From the NCBI GenBank assembly GCA_043228905.1, contig JBHGNT010000013.1, positions 10,044,001 through 10,108,000 of the forward strand: DNA of 64,000 bases. Direction: 5' to 3'. This stretch comes from Azolla caroliniana. Taxonomy: Eukaryota; Plantae; Polypodiophyta. The notes under the pieces are model-generated. The model made no database searches. It was given only the letters and a program-made list of their open reading frames with translations, and was not told the DNA's origin. Numbering within the stretch: position 1 is the first letter of the stretch; the number at the start of each line of letters is the position of its first letter. The position numbers and the translations under genes were made by a program. Below are positions 12,701 through 24,700 of the stretch, piece after piece.

Positions 12701-15700
12701 TAAATAATGTGAAGGATCTTCCTCTGGGAAATTGCAGTGGTTGTAGAAACCACAACTCATCAGTTTGGAGATTGCAGTTGTAATCTGAATAACTCATAGC
12801 AACTCAATGGTGGCATTGAAATATCATGTGTTTAAAAATACCCAAGCTTATTTGTTGTCCCCCTGAATCACGGGAGGAGCAGGTTGTCTTGTAGTCACCA
12901 CGTTACACCCAAGAAGCAATATCATCTTGCAATCCTCCTGTAAAATCCTTTTAGTGGATTTCTCTTGGATGATGCAACTATTCTGAGATAAATGGTATGG
13001 AGGATCATGTTTGTACTTGTGACTAGCCATGCAGTGCCATATTTGGTAGTCCCTTTCATGAGAGATGCATGATTTTACTAGTCCATGTTTAAAATACATT
13101 TCAACTTACATTATATAGAAGAAAAGACAAGGATAATGCTCAAGTGTCCATGATGTTGATGAATATGATGGCGTGTGAAGAAAAATGACAATTTAAAAAT
13201 GGCCTCTTAAGGGAAGGGATGGGACAAATAGTAAATAATTTCAAATTATCTATTTTCAATGCAATTTGTATCATGGACATGAATATTTTATTATTATAAA
13301 AGATGCTTGCTGTATGAAAACATTCTTCCAGACAATCTGCAAAGAACCAATGGCAAAAATTTTGGAGATAGTAGGTCCCATGATGAATGCTCTTCGAATG
13401 GTTTGGATAATATCCCGTTACTATTCAGATGATTCTCACATGGGTGGACTTATGGAACGCATAGCTTTGCAGGTTTGTTCTGCTTGCATTTTTAGATGAC
13501 ATTGCAGTGATATAACTTGTATAATAGTTTCAGGATAAAATTTGCACACACTAATTTCTGAGATTATGAGCACCATGCATGATGCATGTCATACTTTATG
13601 AATCAGATGATTGGTAATTGAATAACAGATATTTGTTTATGCTATACACATGCATATAGTGTATTTTGTTATTTCTTGTCGTATTCCTTTTACCTGAATG
13701 TTTTGAAGAACAGATCGCTGAAAGAGTATCTGAGGAGATCAATGTTCGAATTCTGTTTAAACTCCCTGCTTTAGAAGCTTCTCAGAAGATTATTATAGCA
13801 AAAAATGTACTGGATTCATGGAGTGAAGTTTACTTAGATGTCCGTGAACGCATTGAGTTGGGTGGGCGTGACCCACGGTAAATCTAACATTCTATGTAAA
13901 ATTGTACCTCATTGACATCATAAAAGGTTGCAGCACCTAATATTTTTGTTTACAGATGGGAGTTTGATAGAAAACGGCTCTTTGAACGCACAATGTACAT
14001 GTCATCAATTTGTTCTGATTTATTGAACATTGTGGACGTGGTGAACGACTTTCAAAATTTTCTAGGCCCCGAGTTGAAAGCTGTTACTGGAGACATTGAT
14101 GGTATAGATTTAGTTAATCAGGTATGTCTTCATGTCTTATGCAAATTCTTTGCAACCCCCCTTCCCTAAATCATGGTGCTTAAGTAAAATATTTCAAGTG
14201 TAGAAGTTCAGGGAAGCAATATTGCTGGTAGAAAGAACATTAACGTAGTAGATTTGGGGCCTATAAGATATTGTCAGTATTCCTGCTAGCATGTATGGAC
14301 AACTATTTTAGAAATACTCACTATTGTATGATAAGTAAAGCCATAGAGACAATATGCAATAATCATGAAAATCTGGAGTTTGAATGCAAAAAATTTAGCC
14401 GCTTGACTTGTAAAAGATATATTCTGTGAGCTTTTGATATTTACAAGTTGGCTGAGTTTGATGGTAGTTGGCTACTTTTATTGAGCACTACTTCAGGTTC
14501 AACACCAATGTGTTTGTGAACATCCATTATTGTTTGTTGTGAATCAATCACATATGACATTGTAACCTCTGATATTTATTATTTGGGCAATTAGGCATGC
14601 TAACATATTCAACATATAGATGAAGTTGGGGGAGGGTTCTTCATCTTTACATTCCCCTTTAAGTCTTCGGCTGTACAAATTAAATCAACAACGATCACGC
14701 ATACAGCATGTAGAGGCTAAAATACTATTGATATTGTGGTTAACTTCTTAATTTTATGCTTAGGTGGAGCATATATGTAAGAGTTGATAATTTTGGGTGA
14801 TACATCAGATTTGTTTATATCAGAAAATACTATATGGCCTCATCCTACAGTAAGAGTGAGTTATGGGTAGAAAGAAAGATATATTAATGTCTTTTAAGAT
14901 GCCAAAATGTCCTATAAGACCAAACAAGAGATTAAATCTTAAAATGTTCTCATTTTTGAGAACAGCAAACCAAAATAAACATACCTCAGTAAAAAAGTAA
15001 ATAGAAATGGTGACGAAATAAAAGTAAAAACATATAAAAAGTGACGAAAGAATCTCATCATCCATAAATTAAGATTCTCAAGTCAGATATATTATACTTT
15101 TTGTATTAAAAAAATATTAATGTATTTTAAGCTGCCAAAATGTTGTGTGAGATCAAATCATAAATTGTTTTCGCATTGTTAAGAAGAACACAATCTCACA
15201 CAAATATAATTAAATTAGCCAAACTACGGAACAACAAAACCACATCAATGAAGAACCTCCAAAACCTTCTTTAGCATCATCACCCCTCCTCGCATGATGC
15301 ATGTCAATCAAGGGCTACAAGAATAGGGTCTTGATGACAACATCTGTAAGGGGTTACAATAAATTGGTCGTTACCAATTTCTCTTACACGTGGCTACATC
15401 CATTTTGAGCCTGATGTTGTCACCCACGTTAGTGACAAATCAAGGTTGTTATCAACCAACACTGATCAAAATTTCAGTCCATTTAAGTTCGTAATGTTAC
15501 ATGCTTAGCCAAGGGGAATATTTGATACCTTAGGTAATCTTTGTAATTTACTTATATTAAATATACTTTATTGTTATCACTTATTTGGCCATATAGGCGT
15601 CTTAAGAGATGTTAATATTTCTCTGTTGCCTGTTTTTCAGAATTTAATATTTAGAGATAATTTTATTAATGTTTTCAAGTAGTTAATTTGTTCAAGTAGT

Positions 15701-18700
15701 TAATTTGTCCCACATTTGGTAATCTAAAGGCAGATGACCCTGCACTTGTTGTTTGTGCAGAGAGTTTTGATGATGGTAGAGAATGTGGAGAAGCTTCCTT
15801 TCAATGTTTTTGATAAAGGTTATGCAATGCAATGGTCTGCGACTATGTCAAATTTTAATATGGATAAAGAGAACATCGAGCTTTTGACAAGGAGCTTCAT
15901 AGACACCTCGTTCAAGAAACTACGTAGTGCTGAAGGTATTGTTGTCAAACTAAGAAACAAAAGCTTCGAGTAACCTTCTTAACTCTTGAAAACAAAAAAT
16001 CTGTAGATGTTGCTATTTGAAGGGGCATTTAACTGGGAAAGGTATTCTTTAGCAGACAATAAAATTGTTTCTTTATATTTATAAAATTGAGTATTTCCCT
16101 TCTTTTATTATGTTAAGTCTTTTGGTGAAAAGGAAAATATATCTATATGATTAAAAGGCAAGTATGTCTATATCTATATCTATATCTATATCCATATCTA
16201 TATCCATATCTATATCTATATCTATATCTATATCTATATCTATATCTATATCTGTATCTGTATCTGTATTTGCATCTGCATCTGCATCTGTATCTGTATC
16301 TGTGTTTGTATCTGTATCTATATCTATCTCCATTCTGGATTGACCTATGCTAGAGATATTTCTAACACAAAAGTCACAATATATCTAACTTGAGAATCTT
16401 GCATGTGTGGATAACAATATTGTTTAGTCTCTTTTATCTTATTTACTTTTATGTTTACTTAGTAACATTTATTTTATTTTGATTTGTTCTCAAAGATGAG
16501 ACGGCACTTAAGATGTAATCTCTTGTTTGGTCTTATATGCCATTTTGGCCTCTTAAAAGATGTTAATATATCTTTCTTTCGAATTTGCCAATTGTGTCAC
16601 CAAGGAGTGGAATCCAAAGAACACTATGTTTGTCACTCTAGTGTCTTTTATGAAATCAGAGGGAGATACCATTGCCTCTCTAAACAAGGCTTTGGCCCGC
16701 TACGTAAGGTAATGCAATATGAGGACCAATGGTGCCTAGGAAATTTCTTTCTAGAACTCAAGAGACATAGGGAAAAGTTGTTGAATGACAATAATAGAGC
16801 CACACAAGCTCATCCACAAAGGACAATCACAACTTTATTTAGCCCCATCACTCCTACTAATGCTACAAGTCTATCAAGGAAGGGATACACAAATGGACTC
16901 CCGATTAGGACACAACAAAGGTGTTGCAATAGATCGGGCAATACCAGTTTGTCGTGCACTTAGAGCCCGGCCCCATGGACCATGACCTCAGCACCCTTGT
17001 CATTGACGAATAAAGGCCATTATCTCGCGCCATTGTAGGTGCTTCCCTCGCTTTGGAGACCTCTCCATTCTGGATTGACCTATGCTAGAGATATTTCGAA
17101 GATAAAAGTTACAATATATCTAACTTGAGAATCTCACATGTAGCGAAAACCAGATTCCCTCGTCTCTTGTTATCTTATTTACTATTATGTTTACTGAGTA
17201 TTTATTTTATTTTGATTTGTTTCTCTCAAGGACGAGACAACGCTTAAGATGTAATATCTTGTTTGGTCTTATAGGCCATTTTGGCCTCTTAAAAGACGTT
17301 AATATATCTTTTGTTCTTTATGCTTTTCTTCTTTTTATGTCTATAATTTGTTGGTACTGACACAGCTGTGCTGTGTGCAATATATTTATATATAAGAAAA
17401 TAACTTTTCCTCGATAAATACAAATTTTTAGTTTCTGAGCTAGTGTTTTTATTAAAATGTAAAGACATTGTCATCAGGTCTTTTTAACATATAGGACTTC
17501 AGGGAGTTATTTGTTGACCTATTTGTTATTTATATTTGATTCAGAAACTATGGTGTTAGACCATTTTTGATGTTGGTTGAAAACATTGAAGTTCAGGAAT
17601 CAGCAGTTGCAGATTGTTATGTGGATAGAACAGTAGCATTTACTTCAGATATTTATTGCAGGAGCTCTTGATCTTTTGCGAAATTTCAAATCAATCAAAA
17701 GTGAAGGTGCCATTAATAAGCAAATGATGGACAAATTTAATGATATCATAGCACAGGTAACATAGTCAATTGCTTAAGTGTGGTATGGAAACCTTTAGAA
17801 TGTAGAGATGGAAGGATGAAGAAAACTATGTAATTGTGTTGACTCAAGCATGGAAGGATGTGCTATGTCATTGCTTTCATTTTAATTAATGGTAAGAAAG
17901 ATCACGTGCCAAATCATTTCATTTATGTTGGCATTTTTCTTTCAGTTTTTAAGAGAAATAGAAACCACACGTGGAATCTTCGAAAAAAATTCAACTGCTC
18001 CTCCCACTACACGGAATCAGGTTTGCTCGTGATATTATTTAGGACATAGTAACTTCAGGTTATCTAGAGTTAGCAGCCTAATATAATATCTTAATTTGTG
18101 TTTGAAATATCCTATATTTAGAGATTCTAATGTGCTCAAGTTTAGTATTTTATTGAATCTCTTATGCTCCTCTTCTCAAGACTGCTATGAAAATCCACTA
18201 TTTCAGGAAAGTATTCCAATTTTACAGGCATGACAGAGTGTGACCAACCGATTTTATGCATCATTTGCTTATAGGGATTATTGTTCTAGTTTTTGTGGAG
18301 GAAACTATTTTCTGTTGTGACAAAAATATGTCCACCATACGTTTAATGACATTGTTGGGTGCAAGTTTGCCATATTCCGTTACTTCACGCATATGTTTAG
18401 CTTGTTGGTTTAGCTCAGGGAGAAAGAATGAAAGAAAGTTGTATTAATGTCTTTTAAGAGGCCAGAATGGTCCATAAGACCAAACAAGAGATTACATCTT
18501 AAGTGTTGTCTCATCTTTGAGAACAAACCAAAATAAATGTTACTAAGGAGAAAACTGAATAGATTCAATGAGTAGAAAATCATAAAGAGAGATTCTATTT
18601 GAAACTGCTGTTTGCAATCTGAACAAATAGGTAAATAGCGCAAAATACCCAAATAAGCTGTTAGAATTATATAAGCTAGAGAAATATAAGGAATAATTGA

Positions 18701-21700
18701 TTGAGGATCATTACAAATTTTCTGCTAGTTAATGATAAAGTTGTTTTTTCTTTTTTGACAAAATAATGATGGAATATCTCATTTTTTTCCTATTCTTTAA
18801 ACAGCCACCTGTTGCAGGTTCTATTAACTGGGCCAGATGCTTGTTTAGCAGATTAAAACGAACCATGCAGAAGTTTGAGACAGTTGGCAATGATATGATG
18901 AGAGATCCTGCAGCTCAAGAGGTTTCCAACAGACATTCAATGATTTGTTTTTTTTCTCCTTTCTACCTTGCCAAATTTGATGGAATTGTGTTTTGTAAAA
19001 TCTTCATACTCTTTACAAACTTCACTTATCATGTACTAAATTTATCCTTTCAGATGAACATTTATTATTGTGCACTCGCAAAGCAAATGCTCAGTTTTGA
19101 GAAGCAATGGGCTGGTCAATGGTCTCAGTCAGTCAGTCAACAAGCAGTTAATTATCTAAAACAGGTATCTTTCTATATACGTTTTCAGAAATATAATGTT
19201 TGATGAGTTTTTAATTGATTTAAACTAATTGATTTCTCTTAATAGCAGTCCCAAGGATCACTGGTCATCATATTTGTTGCCTTGCCAAGAGGACAAAATC
19301 TTGTTTGAAGAGCCAGTTGCATCTCCCCGTTATTTCATAAAAAACAGTACAATGGCAAAAATAGTGCTCTCTGATTCCAGTACCGATGGTACAGTTCAGA
19401 GATCTGTTCTTCCATAGATAATGGTGCAGAACTGCCGTTGTCAATTGTTGATTGATATGAAGAGGTTCGAAGATGGCCTATCACAGTACTAAGCATGTGA
19501 CATAATTGTATATCCATATAAGAGGGCCTCATGATAAATCCATCATGAGACATGTGTAGGAGGAGGACCTTATACCTTTTTACTGAGAGGCATTGAGGGG
19601 CTGATTCACATAAATTTAAGGCTAGAGAGTTGACATCTCAAATTTTTACCCTCTAGGGAACTAAGTGCCATAGCTGCTGAATCTGATAAGCTGAAACAAT
19701 GAATCATGTCATGTCCGGTATCTGGTTACTGCGATTTCAGTGAGCGCATTTTAGAATATAATACACTAACACATCCTCACTATGACTGATAATGAATAGT
19801 GTTTGGTTCTGGTCCACAGTAGCCAATAGGAAACAGAAATGACACAAAAGAGTTTCCAATGTGCAATAATATATAGTTAATCATGAATTGCCAATTTAGA
19901 AAGGGCATTCAAAGAAAGGTGTTATTTTCCAATGGTTTTTAGAATTAAGAATTATTTGCAGAAATTTCATGATTGCCAATGTAAAGTTGTGCAAGCATTG
20001 TCACTGTATTAAATTCTGATTTATGTTCCTCACCAGCATTACAGCAGTATTTAAACTCTAGTTGTGTCTGTAACCAACCAGCATTGGTAAACAATTATAC
20101 AATTACCTAGTAATTTTTTGATTTTCCATTGCTTACAGCCTATTCTCTCTAAAAGCCCTGAAGGAAAAATTGTAATCAATTTCAACAAAAGTCTGCATTC
20201 AATTATTCGGGAAACTAAATACTTAGATGCCATGGGATTTCAGCTTCCTGAGATAGCTTTAAATGTTGCTTTGCAAGACGAAAAATATAGGTCGTATATT
20301 GAGAATATTTCTATCATGCTACAGGTACATCTCAATCCGTACTGATTATTGTGTAATTTGAGAAAAAAATGATCCATCACAAGATGTAATCTCCGCTTTG
20401 GTCTTATAGGCTATTTTGGCCTCCTAAAAGACGTTAATATGTCTTTCTCTCTGTAATTCTTTCTTTCTTCATTATTTCATTCACATTTTATGTTTATAAT
20501 ATAGAACACATGCTGATTACTAAATCTTGTACAGCAATACTACAAAGCAGTGGGAATATTAACACCAATCGAGTCCAAGTTGCTTGTATTTCATGTAAAA
20601 AGACTCCAACAGGTTTTAGATCCCGGATTCTCCCACTTTAATTGGAATTCTCTTGGAATACCGGATTTCTTGAGCATTTGTACAAAGGCAATAAATGAGT
20701 TCAAATCCTTAGTCAATCAAGTGAGTTACCTAATGACCTATGACTGCTCAAAAGATGTATGAATTGTGGTGGAAGTTCAAGTAAACTTATTAAAACATTA
20801 AAAAATTCCATGTAACATCAGGTACAAAATAATGCTTCAAGTATTGAAAAAGCTGTTGAGGCCATTGGCAACACTAATTTATTACAAGAAAATATTTTAG
20901 AAAAAGAGGACGAATATCTTGAGTTTCAGGTAACATTGAAAGCAATGAAATAAGCATTTGTTTTTTTGTAAATGTTGGTACTGATTATTTATGCATTCTC
21001 ATTATATATGATATTGTATTTTAATTAAAAATGTTTATATATATGAACACATACTAATTGCGATAATGGGCTGCAATAAATGTGACTGAAATATGAAAAT
21101 GTATAAGAACACAAAGGTAATTAGAGTCTCTAGGTATGTTCAAAAAGTCACCAGAATTTTGACACATTTTGACATTCTAAGCGAATTCAAAACAATTAAT
21201 GTAAATATTAAGTTTTGACATAAATTGCAAATTCATGTAAAACCTATTTCAAAGAAATTAAACAACAAATCCTGTGACTGTTAATGTATTTGTTCTGTAC
21301 ATACAGTATAACTTTTAATTCATTTTACGTTACTTCCTATCCATCAGAAAGTTTGTTAATGGAACTCTATAGAGTTCGTAAATGATCATTCAATTTGGAA
21401 TTTACATAGTACATAACAGAAAACATGCTATTTCATTATATCAATACTTATGCGGAACTTTATAAATGTATGTACCTACTCAAATTATGGAGCTGTTATT
21501 GAATTGTCTATACAATATTTTGTTATTGTATGCATATTAAGAATTTTAATGTACGTCTATGTACTCTGATTTCCATCTCTATGTATGAATTGATTCCAGG
21601 AACTCTATGAGCATTTTGAATATGAGCGCCATGCTGCGCTTAGTGAAGCCCATAAACAGTATGTTTTGAAGATCTTAATTCACAACATATAAGAAAGACC

Positions 21701-24700
21701 ACATTGATGGAGAATTTAAAGCTGCTCTTTTTATAAAGTTTCTTTCCATGAAATTGTTTTGAAGTCAAAATTATTTAATGTTATTTACAGTTATCAAAGC
21801 ATTTCACCTCTTTTAATGAAGCTCGAAGAAATTGTTGCATCTACAAATACCGGAAAGTCACCCATAATGGGTGATTACTATCGCTATTGGGAACAAAAGA
21901 TTTTTTTTGCATTAACGGAGATGGTTTCGAAGGCACTCTCCTCATTGCAGGCTATGTTCCAATCCAAAAAGGTTCTACACTTTTTCTGATGTAATAGGTA
22001 CTATGTGAATGCACTTCGTAGGTGCGTGTCTCCATCTACTTCTAGTGGACAGTATGATCAATGTACAAATAAACTCTATTAAATGATATTGCAGATATAG
22101 GAACTGAAACACTGATTCTGGGGAATTGTCTTTGATTATTGATCACTGTTTGGGATTCTAGGATTTATCACCGTTCCCTTTCTTGATGAACTGAATTGGT
22201 TTATAGCAACCTACTTGTTTGAAAGGAGAAAGCAATAATGGTTACCATGTATTAACGCCCTCAGAAGGCAAAATGACCAGAGAGGCCAAACAAATGTTGA
22301 TGAGAGTGGTATTCCTTTAGAAAGGGGTAGTTATAATTGTCAACTACAATTTCCCAATAAAATTATTCTGTGTATCAGTTAAAACAAAAGTTCAATCACA
22401 TTTTATTTTAGTTGTCTACGAAAAAAGAAAAAGTAATAAACTTGTGAATGTTAGTGCATATCCATAAAATTTAGTCATCGAAAAAGTCATTTGAGTTTCT
22501 TTCTAGATTAAATGGTGGCAGCTAAGAATGAAACTTTTTGTTGGGACCTACTTGACCATTTTAAGTAATTTACAAACTCCCTCACAATAGAAATGCTTAC
22601 TAATCAAGTATGGATATTGACCAAATATAAGAAAAAGCTAGCATCTTTCAATCTGATAGACTCCCATGATCGGTGCATTGGCAGACTCAAGTGTTGTCTT
22701 GTTCTTCTCCATGTTTCTCTTTGGACAATAGGCTACATGGGGAAATTAGATAAGTCTTTTATTATGTAATTGATGGAACTGAAATTTGGATTGCACTTGT
22801 TTTTGACAGGGCCCCAATAAGGATAAACTAGGGGCAACAAAAAGACGATTCAAGCTGAATTTCTATTTAAACAAACCAGATGTTTTAGTGCAGCCACCTT
22901 TGCATGATGTTGCTGGGCTGTTAAATCGTTTGGTATGTTAAAATGCTGAATTTCAATCTTCAGCGAAAAAGATATTGATAAACATTTTCTTACTTTTCCC
23001 CAACTCCAGTAGAGTGATTCACATGGGCAATCATTGAGAAAAGATCTTTTCAAATCATTCCTATTTTGCACCCTCCAAGTTTTTTCTCCTTAGAGAAGAG
23101 TCAGTGTTACAAGTGTATCAAACCACCACAATTTAGTTCATAATTCTTGGAGCTGTTTTATAGTTCTTTAATGGAATTTACTCATTCATGTAGACCAGAA
23201 AGAAAGAAAGATATATTAACGTCTTTTAAGAGGCCAAAATGGCCTATAAGACCAAACAAGAGATTACATCTTAAGTGTTGTCTCGTCTTTAAGAACAACA
23301 AATAAAAAAGAAGAAGTAAATAATACTCCGTAAATATAAACGTATATAAACGTATCTCACATGTACCTCTAACAAACCCTTGGAAGACCACACTTTTCCT
23401 GACACGGATTCATAGAGTGCATAGATTCCCCATTGCATATCTGTAGGAACACCAAGGGCTTCTAGCCGCTGCATAAGCCACGCACGTGGCACTGTCAAAG
23501 GCTTTTCGGAAATCCACAAAACAGCAATAAATCCTCTTATTATGGGCTCTGCCCTCCTCAATAAGGGCCCGGAGGGTGAATATGTGATCCAAAGTTGTGA
23601 ACCCCTTCCGAAAGCCTGCCTGTCCAACTGAACGGCAGCCATTCCACTCTGCCCATATACTCAATTCTGATTCTAGAATTGAACCATATAGTTTAGCCAA
23701 GTAATGGCCCATCATGATTGCCCTATAGTTCCTTGGCATCATGGGGTCTCCACTCTTTGAGGATTGGCACAATTGTATGCTGAGTCCATGTAGTAGGGGA
23801 GCCTTCACACATGGCTCTATTAAAGATGTGTACTAGCAATGGGAGCAAGGTGTCACGGGCATAGATAAAGTGCTCACCCACCAATCCATCATGATCTTGG
23901 GCCTTTCCAAATTGTAGCCGATCAATGGAATTTCTTACATTTTGTGGAGTAAAAAAGGTTGATTCATGTGGATGGGGAAGAGGAGGTTGCCCCGGGATAT
24001 CATATAGAACCTTTGCATATTCATGCCACACCTGAGGTGAGGTCAGTTGTGTGGTAGGTTGCCTCTCATTAAACATTTTCCATGCTCTTTTACTTTCTTT
24101 TCCTAGAAACAAGCAATACAAATGATCTTCAAATTTAGCCAAATACAATCTCTTCTTCTTCCTTATGAGCCAGAGAAATAATTTTAATAAATAACTTAAG
24201 TTTGGGTGACAGAGACAAGTTTGTGATATGTAAGACTAGGAGGCGTTTCCCCTTTTGTCTTGAACAAGATTTGATGGACTGACTACATACACCTACCATT
24301 GGTATTACTTAAAAATCTCTGCAGCGTTTGAAAACATAGGTGCTTCCATCAGAAAAGTATATGTCTTGAAGATAGATATTTTTCTTCTTGAGTTTTGAAC
24401 AATGATATGCTGCACAAATGACAACATCAAATTGTCTTGCATTCATTATGTACAGTTTCTTGCTGTTACCTCTTTTGGATTAGATTTATATGCGTAATGA
24501 AGGGGGTTGTAATATATTTTAGAAATCTCGCTTTTCCTGAAGCTTGCAGACATCTGTTACACAATGTGATCAGGAGCTATAGTATGTAACAGTGGAATAT
24601 TTAAAATGTAAATTTGAATATGCAGCTAAATTGCTAGTCATCAGTATAAATGTCTGGGATTGGTGAAAAATTGGCTTTCTTATCAATTTTTTAAATACAG

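Noticed and set aside
12425-13331. U12-type intron (donor GTATCCTA)
   Set aside because: Position +8 deviates from GTATCCTT and no TCCTTAAC branch site lies near the acceptor.
16147-16353. ORFs with YL and DI/DT repeats
   Set aside because: They are translations of the hexamer microsatellite.
16484-16963. 159-aa ORF as a nested gene
   Set aside because: It is a chimera of one LINE 3' UTR read into the next copy's ORF2 C-terminus.
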